From a virus (Duplodnaviria; Caudoviricetes), in IMG/VR virus record IMGVR_UViG_3300005937_000014, positions 4,363-68,362 of that record: a stretch of DNA of 64,000 nt. One strand, written 5' to 3'. Positions within the stretch are counted from its first letter, which is position 1; every line of letters begins with the position of its first letter. A program made the position numbers and the translations under genes. This document shows, piece after piece, positions 37,201 through 44,284 of the stretch. A model generated the notes under the pieces. That model had not been told where the DNA came from, did not search any database, and saw nothing but the letters and a program-made list of their open reading frames with translations.

Positions 37201-39284
37201 ACCGCTGGCACGTGGACACCGAGGGGGTCATCGACAAGGTCGGCTTCCCCGACCCCGACAACGCGACGGCGATTCTCACTGAGGAGGAGTTCAAGGCGAA
37301 GCGCCGGGCTGCGGCGAGTGCGCAGGCGGAGGCGCAGGCGAAGGCAGCCGCTGAGGCCGACCTGCGCCGGGCCGCGCGGCAGGAGAAGATCGACGCCCGG
37401 CAAGCGCCGGTCGAGATCGGGGAGCCGGGCAACGCGACGGTCCGCCTGATGCGCTCCGAGCACGGCTTCTCGGTCCAGTCGCGCAAGCGCGTTCGCTACA
37501 CGAAGCAGGAGTGGGCGGAGAAGGTCGCGGCGAAGCTCGGCAGGCCCGTGAGCGACCTGTCCGAGCGCGAACTCGGCAGGCCGGGGTTCCGCGGCTACTC
37601 CTACGTGCTGCGCGACTCGAACGGCCACACGCTCTCTCTGCGCGTGGACAGCCTCGTCCCCGAGGGTGCGACCTGGCTGGGGATGCCGATGAGCAAGAGC
37701 GACGGCGTGATCTCGCGAGTCGAGTGGAAGCCCGCGAAGGCCGTCGGCCGCGACCGGCTGCCGGAGGGCACGTTCGCGACCAGCCTGGACGAGATGATCG
37801 CGGACGGCCTCGGGCGCACCGACGAACTCGGGGAGCGGTACGGCGCGAAGGTGGACGTGCCGACGGTGATCACCACCTCCGGCAAGCAGGACCACTCCGC
37901 TCACCATGAGTGGAACGGCACCATCGTGTTCGGGCAGGGGATCGCCCCGGCGATGAAGGTCGCGATGGACAAGGTCGCGAGGGGCGAGCCGCTCACCGAC
38001 GAGGAGGCCGGGGACGCCTACTCGGCCTGGCACGTGTACCAGCACGAGATCAACCACGGCGTCAACCCGCTCCGCTCCGGCGAGTACGGCAAGAACAGCC
38101 CGCAGGTCGCGATGGAGGAGTCGCTGACCGAGGAGCTAGCGCACCCGCTCGCCATCGAGTGGCTCAAGACGATGGGGCCGGGCGGCGAGCAGATCCTCCA
38201 GTGGGCGGCGGCGAACCCGAGGAGCTACCAGAGGCTCGGCACCTACCGGCGGCACCGGCTGAACCTGCGCCGCGCGCTCACCGAGGCGGGCGTCCCCGAG
38301 GACGAGTGGCGCGAGACGATGACCCGGATGAAGTTCAACATGAGCCAGCCGGAGCGGTTCCAGTTCCTCGGGCGCAAGATCGCGGAGCAGACCGGCTCGG
38401 ACGAGGAGAGCGGCATCCGGCGCGTGCGCTCACTGCTTCAGCCGACCAAGGCGGGCCTGCACAAGACCGAGGGCGTCGGCAACGACTTCCAGCCGCTGCT
38501 TGACGTGACGCCCGACCTGGAGGGGATCGAGCCGCGCGCGAGCGAGCTAACCGTCCAGAACGGCGTGGCCTCGGTCAACACGAACGTCGAGGTGCCCGAC
38601 CCGCCGCCGGAGTGGCCCGCCCAGACGCGCTACTCGGTCAAGGGCGTCGATCCGAAGGGCGACCGCGTCGCCGTCCACGTGGGCAACCTCGGCACGCAGT
38701 GGATCGACGCCGGGCGTGTGCGCGTGCCGCCGATGACCGTGCAGCCCGAGTGGTCAACCAGGCGGACGTTCACGGTCGAGGCGGACGACGAGGTGCTGCT
38801 CAAGGACGGCCGGATCGTGCGCGTGACCGAACTGATCCCGACCGGCTACATCACCGACTACCGGTTCCGCGGCATCCCGCGCTCCGAGGAGGAGGAGGGC
38901 GGCGAAGGACTCGTGTTCGCCTACCAGCAGAAAGACATCGTCCGCAAGGTCGAGCCGCTCAAGGAGGACGACTTCGGCAACTCGGGCAGGGAGATCGTGG
39001 TGGGCGGTCGGCCGGTGCTGGTCGGGGATCTGCTGGTCGGCAAGCCGACACCGGTCGGGCGCTGGCAGGGCAACCGCGACCGCGAGTACCACTTCATCGC
39101 GAAGTACGGCGACACCGACCGGGCGGGGATCTACGGCTACCACGACGAGCAGCCGCGCCCGCTTGTCTCGGGGATGGTGCTCGGGGAATGGAACCCCGAC
39201 GAGCCGGGCAGGGTGCTCGAACTCGTGTTCCCGGTGGAGGGGTTGCGACGCCCGACCGAGACGATGATCGCGGAAGCCGCCTAG
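25233..39284 (+). CDS. Giant (4683 aa) MuF-like head-morphogenesis protein fused to polyvalent effector domains
   Basis: Follows the portal. N-terminal WKLS...HTPGC.....HP.LHAGCAC.L is the MuF signature. Three HExxH motifs (~27133, ~29875, ~38040), two ART-like segments (~28570 YRGMS, ~34600 GFFGSGAYF...GYDGV), a wHTH (~34200) and SH3/KOW-like modules. Confidence 0.8.
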   Translation: MAPPRQPPVAATTEPPPPTDTATPTGVAAVVGTGAAVGTTLAPAAAGTAAAALTAEAIRKATANILGAFGRFATQRQEVWIEVLPTRVQRRFPERTPEEVNTLVREERERERAFQRKARVRLERDLPRALRTADPARRVEKVQRILDRERRYLTQREEAVAERAYTRMEMIDLERLSPQGAFWKLSEGVRQHTPGCLAMGNKFWPWPVLHLIHPQLHAGCACHLYTLDQATERGFMTEAQVPDAKDAMRRAKKVIARLSDIYETATPEEIDAFLEEVEDGVWAEEAFYGRQVGERYAAGTTKGGQFRPRRGARPGRPTIRGKIRRSLRKLVPDLPTTPAQGARARDGDWMWMRGNFVFVPRDREFKRVIDGVEFTSPAGSGNIYRNGYLVHIPGEKPPWHNDLDKPSVVDARKVPSTPKMQEPLPTKRREAIDRATAEIHNAEFERIHQRVVAAVENQDGEHQPVKIGDTTATAIEVMRGNAFQPVQVTTIERYDEEGRQAALAVMRHESGAEVDVISAGGKVIDWNWRPTTEAEGHVPMPDSISNIGEFRQALAALAEETADRYGKPAPHLVAISRDPLTDDHAGYYSQRAGVIVVGVDSFKALDTYFDAKREDRPLTNYEAGDLWAGLATSVHEAMHAADNVPAGLYAYPDYKAFEEALNEEWARVETARLAERLGITEALQFQADFPENVYSRGSYGYYRQTLDQLLSNAKVAPEEREEFIENLRFNVPREDRNRLIAERMVQGATADYFPQLLPRPPWAEPDEPEQTLEDRIAEAKRMVEVALTRSEERRDKRQFDPLLALDLTQQPSAPEVNGVPVVPGALATVALEPRDEAGAREEVSGVIRRVMPTPTTFLTDVDLGDGRSVMVVPDNLVHVDGEPRSFEHAGQTFRVGDTIRYDHRLDGGYSTAVIERVEPTDRPGAWVAHARTTDDSLNPGKLVRLTPERINGTLLAPRAEPPAPRVPGEPQRVPDAVRSTGIPEADRMPEVLRALGLPDDLEIRDEGLRALLANGRVDVQVFPHRDEYGQSAWSLVYGRPRSDRFQEVVLPKDRDRLEEGGARAAAAPHFFDPEIAEIANPDSQDKYGPDAMMVRPKADAGERFLQDLAPSEEGFMYRGMSGEEYEAIQRSGIVQSIGDYNLGTEQEGLTFFGTDVAMAASYAHTYAPYAYKATPERPAYVIKVRKPADVKPDTRGEIGMPGALPASEIVEVYEGRVYAVQPANIDLVANSYSPADGYRSGSGYGGGTDIVWRRLDVAAAAAPAEPRPVRFRVSPGIANEIEMFENLDTVNTEEDILHFAQEWGNNAAAEQFVRAWVAARGRKRGDGSLDLELSPTATNWFTTRALDNAIDIWEGNADVGYNARASRAFIRAGRSLMTKLQAAAARDETLSTGIDTAQARAQLDRVELQQIIDGEHRRVHLGNTGTIERAHEAGWSDTEVLQVAREFTDALDDYDEVLQDPRFQRVLRWGRDGRLADSAAEGLLNLGTKRVGMTLLRDDNQSRDGWGVTDLNATSARVDTRRPGVRTADTRDERIGSEWAADPRYTAIHEAHHMHGSRTEFDLGSEVAFAYHVNKRGLTGAGPDSIKVEVVNRLIGGKAGVNSRASRAVRALFGDDLLDEWAQLPGSIYRDPFRRRVPPPVDNSIAGRVNDLNAVEGMEAKLAWLSEKRMEDVTGRSYVRPVAEGERVFMRINGESLVLQPDGSARVLDSMDDYLTRSEGIERDPLEFATREAGFRSLQDAASEIAFLDQATEMYRDADDAALLELQRTFSQLVHGNSLMGVTGAREALRDADMGRSTLTDQERSMHEGREARYREINTHVAMRKRSAKIAREKQAQREAAEKGVLTVSDEEFAEMLANAGDVYADAGYVGEYNPDLFRTSDLSGQPIRYYITLPDGRVAHPDELHESRRRGRLVVVHNVAAPLERPRYASDALSDGVKQRVRERGTVAVPEHGPSLAPPRRTAEEVRRAASIDGDAERLSSAVAVFSEALPIEHDVRYTEGMTDQEITPVVERPHPLTTITRRARPEHHAAWRLRRDATDARFTANASKQWDGDGNVIAQDNDLEATANTAELAASAAEARVGGRVFRYDSSQRAKLDAQIEKLAKAARKIGLDPPVVTDLGDETVEHRESEIVPEGEGEQRIYQYAMVSGSEPKIAGWDFLASLQNVEGMNFIRRMPGSDESINLDAFRDSEPVCDYCKTKRDRKMTYVVTNEEEGVKRVGSSCIRDFLGHGDPNAIAAYMERWQEMLAFSDEEDDEERGGGGGTRRLVPTEAYLTHVATMVRTNGWVSRSAMSGQATADEADSNYYHWSRQNTNKQGQPMWVEPTDADRERAKAALAWVREHIGAKVHQTSDASEFEHNMYVASRGEHVPERGSGYLAYVVVAHAKHEEREIERRKRAEVEADSKHVGSVGDRLNVRATVMSVFERDGDYGVTYITKLMDDDGNVYKWFGSSELERGKVYEGKFTIKKHDEFRGVKETVLTRPSGLGLYDPDAPPPAEKPTKVGQRVEVSVFSNRLGGDVTITVEKLKSGFAVEYEGQRDEEVYRTWKNAQEWGAEFAGEVKARRDWAAEKLAGLPEGTTIKGGWRNPHTTYRAATGGYAKVGDLIAVRPKRPGEYAPDSEWVIANPRGGEPTPEEVKWVPAEMLPNERDPENPHIGVTLPDGVTRWLPESDVYVRPSDVVRSEGIERPDFDAEWVAKYRAKPARSRGRTRASDVAGYELMLRDPDLSHEDRLRYSARILEIRGEQEKADAMRERAGLPRSEGIDLPKWQDTPQQKNALRTNSAARKVREMYPSGTHVIVTPGAGAEPRPGAMQGTVLRHVPGLNAQGGHLNVRWENGVVGKISPGSVRPTGPSVREQIAAAYDRGDSIMAMGARFGTDEQTIALISSVTGTSRKHLRDVMHAPEMPAPPPALLGMSDEEIRELGDADLLERERASLERLLDTPNRAAARRAKAINDQARAELDRRKIDWQGLTRSEGLEQQPTEPRLTARQQQILDMLPGPEGGTSPTGGTRAGLEASELAGPLGMTDRGVQQVLYALVDKGLVNYDEAGYYAREQPLPRVESEGLPLPDAPPLSNPASAARESYRIVSPVIGPDVGIRAQVPGAEMTTETLRDQQWGTRGDGFFGSGAYFASSADAIPSLARGRDLVGLDLSGKKLYMPPSEENADRLHRWLGDVNYYATHGGMEDDLLAREERSFNDPELQKLYGGEQEGTAIAEKLARSAPYGLWRRVNPPMIAGVIEASRADLRAGRLDRDTPSTRIMRALGYDGVDTRHLPALDNSRFGSVLYRDPVFHEPVPVDEPPPEREPTLQRLTHEMLDGLIGGSEPGARGKVMDGVTYTPKLKRPVTALDFQERGEMWVGPRFYALSAAQRRNALVSEFAREIRKGVEDQEWFNDRSNWPDEVEGFDAEAVYEEAFDPVAPERRWSWLESPAGRGIIAEAIHQGFPVAPEVEQRLAHGGDPTPEPPEPPPAPDPDTNDAEFEQMLQQFRDTGRAYVAINVLSGDVKGMDLGFHRVEYDGSYNPPDEPVNVVYRRDVFRNFDTGQTVVVVSDNDAIISIDGTTASTNLPSNPAPGTAEHVAASVLEQPLRSARALLGEEGFQPGEKYGKWTRWVNPDGRAIVMRHDRKIDAAYPDVPTRQEVEWALSQFVQEDDFGGYRVGVNFADHHDALDDIDSGWTMSDFTPDPGGNVYTYRHEEKAAIRIRVASDGTVAQIGRPDLSDTLRIVSDNEYQQMLLARDEQADTAEAFAQTLVGLSRQQLYERREFQSGFGEELNRPYYHGVLGPVSGNQPGTAVYFNHGAGRSLTLEFDNAGFITSASGSEFSYPTGHEIGGGTSRGEEIADNLRGNPYPQDRRSFAYYLTSNGYELSSGSGGEGGAWERWIHPQRGDSILTEAAGPPLREGDPDWQAGTLSAIYATEDTPAVMLTRARGSRYRYHPEEMVGQPHTEVVAALNVSQYRKVSEALGGDPNVHEFSAQNGSEVLRYRWHVDTEGVIDKVGFPDPDNATAILTEEEFKAKRRAAASAQAEAQAKAAAEADLRRAARQEKIDARQAPVEIGEPGNATVRLMRSEHGFSVQSRKRVRYTKQEWAEKVAAKLGRPVSDLSERELGRPGFRGYSYVLRDSNGHTLSLRVDSLVPEGATWLGMPMSKSDGVISRVEWKPAKAVGRDRLPEGTFATSLDEMIADGLGRTDELGERYGAKVDVPTVITTSGKQDHSAHHEWNGTIVFGQGIAPAMKVAMDKVARGEPLTDEEAGDAYSAWHVYQHEINHGVNPLRSGEYGKNSPQVAMEESLTEELAHPLAIEWLKTMGPGGEQILQWAAANPRSYQRLGTYRRHRLNLRRALTEAGVPEDEWRETMTRMKFNMSQPERFQFLGRKIAEQTGSDEESGIRRVRSLLQPTKAGLHKTEGVGNDFQPLLDVTPDLEGIEPRASELTVQNGVASVNTNVEVPDPPPEWPAQTRYSVKGVDPKGDRVAVHVGNLGTQWIDAGRVRVPPMTVQPEWSTRRTFTVEADDEVLLKDGRIVRVTELIPTGYITDYRFRGIPRSEEEEGGEGLVFAYQQKDIVRKVEPLKEDDFGNSGREIVVGGRPVLVGDLLVGKPTPVGRWQGNRDREYHFIAKYGDTDRAGIYGYHDEQPRPLVSGMVLGEWNPDEPGRVLELVFPVEGLRRPTETMIAEAA
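31214..31232 (+). promoter_or_regulatory. Operator/-10 element inside the giant ORF (ACAC-gat-GTGC-gc-TATACT) with an in-frame ATG at 31239
   Basis: Same motif as the intergenic copies; ATG 6 nt after the -10 and in frame with 25233. Confidence 0.7.
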
Positions 39285-39295
39285 CCCTCCCCCAC

Positions 39296-39526
39296 CTGAC
39301 CAGGGGGGAGTGGTTCGACCTCGCGCGGGTGTTCTTCTGGCTCATCCTCGTCGTGCCCGCCTACCTGCTCGGCTGGCTGAACATCGTCGTGTTCGTCTCG
39401 CTGCTAAGCCTCTGGGCGCTTGTGGAGACGGCCTGGGCGGCGTTCCGGGGCGGCAACGAGAAGTCGCTCCGCCGGATCGAGGAGCGGCTGGAGCGGATCG
39501 AGGAGATGCTGCGCGACCGCTCTTGA
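39296..39526 (+). CDS. Small membrane protein, start codon uncertain
   Basis: FFWLILVVPAYLLGWLNIVVFVSLLSLWALVETAWAAF plus a coiled coil. No in-frame ATG/GTG/TTG nearby (CTG 39296, or ATG 39188 overlapping the giant ORF). Confidence 0.45.
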   Translation: MTRGEWFDLARVFFWLILVVPAYLLGWLNIVVFVSLLSLWALVETAWAAFRGGNEKSLRRIEERLERIEEMLRDRS

Positions 39527-39534
39527 CGGCGACC

Positions 39535-39553
39535 ACACGATGTGTGCTATCCT
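39535..39553 (+). promoter_or_regulatory. Repeated operator/-10 element (ACAC-gat-GTGT-gc-TATCCT)
   Basis: Perfect copy, TTGACG upstream, conserved leader downstream. Confidence 0.8.
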
Positions 39554-39586
39554 ACGGGCGTGTGTACGACCGACCAGGAGGTAGTC

Positions 39587-39988
39587 ATGGATGAGCAGAG
39601 GGACTTCGCGGAGGAGCGGTTCAACGAGCGCCTCCAGTACGAGGACGCGAGCAACGCCGAGTTGATCGCGGCCCTGGCCGACGCGCCCGAGGAGCGCCGG
39701 GCGAGCTACCAGCGCGAGCTTGAGGCGCGCGGCTTCGAGTTCACGGAGGAGGAGGACGAGCCGGTGGTCGCCACCAGCGTCTACTTCGCCGTGCCGGACG
39801 ACTACACCATCGGCACCCCGTTCGCGACGTACGAGGAGGCCGAGGCGTACGCGCGCTCGACCATCAAGCCGCTCGGGCTGGCCGCGTACAACCACGGCAT
39901 CGAGCGGTACACCCGCGCGTACGTGGACGTGCGCGTCAAGGACGCCAGCGGCGACCACCCGGTTCACCGGATCGAGGTCCGGGCGTGA
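39587..39988 (+). CDS. Hypothetical protein
   Basis: Leader GACCAGGAGGTAGTC-ATG. Confidence 0.7.
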   Translation: MDEQRDFAEERFNERLQYEDASNAELIAALADAPEERRASYQRELEARGFEFTEEEDEPVVATSVYFAVPDDYTIGTPFATYEEAEAYARSTIKPLGLAAYNHGIERYTRAYVDVRVKDASGDHPVHRIEVRA

Positions 39989-40374
39989 GCGCCTGGGCCT
40001 CTGAGCAGGAGGCGCGCCAGCACTTCCTCGACTCGACGTTCGAGGACGCCGAGGAGCGCGCCTACTTCGAGCGGTTCGGGTTCGTCGCCAGGCTGCTCGT
40101 GCAGCACCGCTTCGATGACGGCGAGGAGCTTGTCCGGCTGCGCTTCATCCACCGGGGCGGCACCGTCGAGGAGCGCGAGTTCATGCACCTGCGCGCCTGG
40201 GAGGACGCGGCGAGCTACGTCCACGCGATGGAGGAGAGCGCCGAGCGGCACGCCGAGGCCGAGCGCCTGTCGGCCAAGCTCGGCCGCGAGGTTCACCCGC
40301 TGGAGATCGCGTTCGCGGAGTTCGGCCCTGAGTGGGAGCGCGAGCAGCAGGAGCGCCGAGAGGGTGGGTTCTGA
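39985..40374 (+). CDS. Hypothetical protein
   Basis: GTGA overlap, codon bias. Confidence 0.6.
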   Translation: MSAWASEQEARQHFLDSTFEDAEERAYFERFGFVARLLVQHRFDDGEELVRLRFIHRGGTVEEREFMHLRAWEDAASYVHAMEESAERHAEAERLSAKLGREVHPLEIAFAEFGPEWEREQQERREGGF

Positions 40375-40533
40375 TGGAGACGCCCGAGATCGTCTGGCGC
40401 TGGAACGATGAGGCACACGCTGTGTGCCACGAGTGCGGTAGGTTCGTGACCGGCGCATGGACGTGCTGGCTCAAGAACAAGTTGCGCTGGATCAGGCAGG
40501 TGTGCGGCCCGTGCGCAGAGGCGGCGTGAGCGG

Positions 40534-40818
40534 ATGGGCACCTACCGCAGCACGCGCAGGCCAGCAGGCCCGGACAGCCCGATCTACGGGCGGATGCATC
40601 TCGCGATGACCGAGCCGATCACCGACTTCGAGCTAGAGGTGCTCCGCCACCTTGACGACGACTACGTGAGCCTGCGCGTGATCGCTGACCGCTGCGGCTA
40701 CACGCTGTCCGGCTCCGGCTGGGAGACTGCCGCCGACTCGCTCGTCGTGCGCGGGCTGGCGCAGATGATCCGCGACCCGCACGCGCCGATGGGCAAGCGG
40801 TACCGGAGGTCGCCATGA
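40534..40818 (+). CDS. Small wHTH-like protein
   Basis: ITDFELEVLRHL...SLRVIA...DSLVVRGL. Confidence 0.5.
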   Translation: MGTYRSTRRPAGPDSPIYGRMHLAMTEPITDFELEVLRHLDDDYVSLRVIADRCGYTLSGSGWETAADSLVVRGLAQMIRDPHAPMGKRYRRSP

Positions 40819-41108
40819 AGGGGCGCGAGGGGCAGCTTCGCCTCGACCAGTTGACCTTCGAGGGCTACTGGCCGGAAGGCTCGCCGGAGGTCGTGCGCGA
40901 GTTCCTGCGCACCCAGTACAACCCGGCGACGATGCCGCAGTTGCACGTTGCCCTCGTGGACGGCAAGTACCACCTGCTCGGCTGGAGGCAGAAGCCCGGC
41001 CAGCCGGGACTGCTGGAGGCCGCGCGCGGCTGGGCGCTGACCGCCGACGAGGCACGGTGGGTCGAGGTCTGGCCCGACATCGCGGACATCAAGTGGGAGG
41101 CGCGATGA
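40815..41108 (+). CDS. Hypothetical protein
   Basis: RBS GGAGG, ATGA overlap. Confidence 0.55.
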   Translation: MKGREGQLRLDQLTFEGYWPEGSPEVVREFLRTQYNPATMPQLHVALVDGKYHLLGWRQKPGQPGLLEAARGWALTADEARWVEVWPDIADIKWEAR

Positions 41109-41286
41109 AGGGCAAGGAAGTCTGCGGGCACACGACGAGCGGCAATGGGTTCACGTTCGTCTGCGGTCTAGCGAGGGGCCACACGACCCTGCACAAGCAG
41201 CGGACGAAGCTGCGCGACCACACCTCGGTCACGACCTGGGGCGACGACGGACGCGCGCCCTGGGCGACGACAGACCCGAGACGCGC

Positions 41287-41562
41287 GTGAGGCTGACGCC
41301 GCGCCAGCAGGAGGTGTTGCTGCTCTGCGCCGAGGGCCGTCCCGGCTGGCGCGCGACGAACCGCGTCGGCCTGGCCGCGACGCTGCACTCGCTGCGCCGC
41401 CGCAAGCTGATCACGGGCGACTCGGAGAAGCCGATGCTGACCGCCGAGGGCGCACGGCTGGCCGACTCGATCCGCACACTCCAGGGGATGGCGCAGCCGA
41501 AGCTGCTCGTGCCGGTCCGGTTCAGCGACGAGGACGGAAGGGGGGAGTGGTCATACGTGTGA
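41287..41562 (+). CDS. Small wHTH-like protein
   Basis: MRLTPRQQEVL...TLHSLRRRKLI.....MLTAEG. Confidence 0.55.
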   Translation: MRLTPRQQEVLLLCAEGRPGWRATNRVGLAATLHSLRRRKLITGDSEKPMLTAEGARLADSIRTLQGMAQPKLLVPVRFSDEDGRGEWSYV

Positions 41563-41939
41563 GGCCCGTGAAGCTGTGGAAGGTCTGGTGCGTCGTGCGC
41601 GGGCACGAGCCGGGCGAGTTGGAGCCGGGCATCACCTCCGTCCGTCGCTGCGTCCGCTGCGGCCAGGAGTTGGCGTACAGCGGGCGTGTCGTCTCGCCCG
41701 CGGAGGAACATCTGCGCGGCGAGCTTGAACTGCGCGACGACCTGCTGCGCGAGATCGGCCGCAACGAGACGGCGATGCGTGTGCTCGACACCGCGCAGCT
41801 ACCCGGCAGCGGGACGATGGGCGCGCTGATCCGCACGCTCGTGCAGGTCGAGGTGCCGCCGTTCGTGGACACGAAGGGACAGGCTCCGCCGCTCGGGGCC
41901 GAGTGGGCGAAGGAGGAGGAGGGTTCCGGTGGCACGTGA
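41559..41939 (+). CDS. Hypothetical protein (DUF1660-like C..GH...C.RCG)
   Basis: WCVVRGHE...CVRCG. Confidence 0.5.
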   Translation: MRPVKLWKVWCVVRGHEPGELEPGITSVRRCVRCGQELAYSGRVVSPAEEHLRGELELRDDLLREIGRNETAMRVLDTAQLPGSGTMGALIRTLVQVEVPPFVDTKGQAPPLGAEWAKEEEGSGGT

Positions 41940-42364
41940 GGACGACCGCGGGCCGGTCGAGGCGTGGGTGGCCGACGTGCTCGTGCGCGAGGGCGGCATG
42001 GTCAGCATCACGTGCGAAACCAGCCGCATCGAGGTCACGTTCGGACAGGAGGCGCGGCTGATCGTTCGGCCCGACGGCGAGGGCGCGCTCGCCTACGAAC
42101 TGGTGCGCGGCTGATGCGGCAACGACGGCCGTCCTACCCGCGCCGACCGGCGCGTCCCGCGCCGCCCGAGCCGCAGCAGCGCACGTCCGAACTGCCGGAC
42201 GGCGTGACGAGGAGCGAGTGGTCGTTCGACGGCGGCACCACCTGGGAGCTACCCGTCTACCACGACACCCAGGGGCGCGTGCTGGTCTGCCAGCACCGGG
42301 TGCCGCGCGGGCACGGGTTCACGGTCGGCTGCTCACAGCGGATGGGCCATCCGGGGCCGTGCGG

Positions 42365-42835
42365 GTGATCGGCCGGGCCGTCTGCTTCGTGCTCGGTCAC
42401 GCGCGCCCGGAGAGGCACGAGGACAAGCTCGGCGCGGCCTGGGATGTGTGCCCGCGCTGCGGGACGGTGACGGCCTCGGCTAGCTGGCACGGCGGCAGGC
42501 CGTGGGAGCGCGAGCAGCAGCGCAAGGAGATCGGCCCGAACGGCTGGACGTGCATGTGCTGCTCGGACTACCGGCCGGACGCGGTCATCTCCGTCGTCAG
42601 CCGCCAGCGCGTCTACGGCAACGTCGTGATGGTCGAGAACGTCCGCTACTGCAACGACCGGCCGTTCTGCACCGAGCGGGCGCACCTGCTGGCCCGGCGC
42701 TGCGCGCGGAACACCCTGGCCGGGCAGTGCGACCAGGAGGCGACCCGGCAGGTGCCGATGCCAGACGGCACCGTTGCCGTGATGTGCCCCCAGCACGCCG
42801 ACGAGTTCGCGACGGAAGGGCATGGGCTTCGTTGA
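42365..42835 (+). CDS. Cys-rich hypothetical protein
   Basis: CFVLGH...CPRCG, CMCC, YCND...C, MCPQH. Confidence 0.5.
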   Translation: MIGRAVCFVLGHARPERHEDKLGAAWDVCPRCGTVTASASWHGGRPWEREQQRKEIGPNGWTCMCCSDYRPDAVISVVSRQRVYGNVVMVENVRYCNDRPFCTERAHLLARRCARNTLAGQCDQEATRQVPMPDGTVAVMCPQHADEFATEGHGLR

Positions 42836-42986
42836 GCGGTACCTCATGCAGACGATCATCGTCGTGCTGGCGATGGTGCTGACCGTGCTGGGCGCGGTGC
42901 ATGACGAGCCGTGGGTGACGGCAACCGGCGGCTTCACCCTCGGGCTGATGGTCGCCGTGCTGATCCGTGACTGGAGACGGCAGTGA
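42822..42986 (+). CDS. Small 2-TM membrane protein (54 aa)
   Basis: RBS GGAAGGG, hydrophobic sequence. Confidence 0.5.
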   Translation: MGFVERYLMQTIIVVLAMVLTVLGAVHDEPWVTATGGFTLGLMVAVLIRDWRRQ

Positions 42987-43333
42987 GCGCGGTCAACCTG
43001 GACGACGCCAAGCTGACCGCGGCCATCGACTTCATCGGGCGGACGCAGGGCGCGAGGCAGGTGCAGATCCGCTACTCCGATGACGAGCAGCCGGTCGTGT
43101 GGTTCGTCGTCGCCCTGTACGACGGCGGTGGCTGGGAGGCCGACGCTGCGCCTGAGCCGGTCCGGGCGGCACTCAGGCTCTGTGAGCGGCTGGCCGACGG
43201 CGGGCGATGCACGCACTGCGGTAGACCGACCGGTCTTGACCCCGACACGCTGGAGACGATGCCGCTCAACGAGTTGATCTGCTGGTACCAGATGGACCCC
43301 GGCACCAAACGGTTCACGAGGGGCTGCGCATGA
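42983..43333 (+). CDS. Hypothetical protein with CxxC
   Basis: GTGA overlap; CTHCG...C..C. Confidence 0.6.
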   Translation: MSAVNLDDAKLTAAIDFIGRTQGARQVQIRYSDDEQPVVWFVVALYDGGGWEADAAPEPVRAALRLCERLADGGRCTHCGRPTGLDPDTLETMPLNELICWYQMDPGTKRFTRGCA

Positions 43334-44142
43334 GCGTGGAGCGCCCGACGGGGCAGTGGCCCGCCTGGATGGACGACCTGCTCGCCTACGGGCCGCTGGC
43401 CGAGCTTGAGCCGGAGTGGCGCGCTGAGATCGGGGACGCGATCACGCTCGTGCTGGACGAGCGCGCGCTGGCAGTGGCGCGGGCGCGGCGGCAGCAGGAG
43501 GAGTCGTGAGCGAGCGGGCCAAGACGTACGCCGAGGTCGAGGAGGAGACGACCCAGCGGCTTCTGGGCGCGCTGGTCGCCCGCTACGGCTGGACGCTCGA
43601 CCAGGAGAACGACGCCCGCATCCTCGCCTTCGTCGCGCTCGCCCCGGTGCGGACGCTGATCGAGGCGAACGAGGAGCGCGCGTGAAGCGGCTGCTCGTCA
43701 ACCGCGAGCAGGTGCAGGACCAGGCGAAGAAGGCGACCCGCTACTTCGCCCGCATCCTGGAGGAGAACGACGCGCACATCTTCGCCGTCGAGTTCGAGGG
43801 GGCCATGCTGATCGTCGCCCGCGACAAGCAGGTCGAGAAGATCCGCGAGGCGTTCATCCGCGAGGGCATCCTCGAAGGCGTCGAGCAGGCCGAGGAGGAG
43901 AGCACGTGACCGAGAGGATCAGCTACCGCGACTACCTGATCTGGACGGCGTCGCACACGGCAGCGTCGCTCAGCGAGGCGGTGCGCATCGCCATCGACAT
44001 GGGGGACGACGAGGACTTCGCTGTCCGACACCTGGAACACAAGCTCGACGTGGCACGGGAGCTTGCCAAGTATGGCAACTACAACTCCGACCGGGTCGAG
44101 CCGCGACCGGCAACGACAGAGCCGGAGATGGAGGGGCGATGA
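43330..44142 (+). other. Run of four tightly overlapping tiny genes (43330-43509, 43506-43685, 43682-43909, 43906-44142)
   Basis: Each start overlaps the previous stop ((A/G)TGA); good codon bias. Confidence 0.55.
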
Positions 44143-44284
44143 GCGAGCCGACCGGCGAGTGCGTCCATGTCTGGCGTCCGCTCGGCTCCCCCGTCCGGCG
44201 GATGGACGGCTGGGGCTACTGGCACCGCGTCCTGGAGTGGTACTGCGAGCGATGCCGCAAGACCGAGTGGAGGGCGCTGGACTG

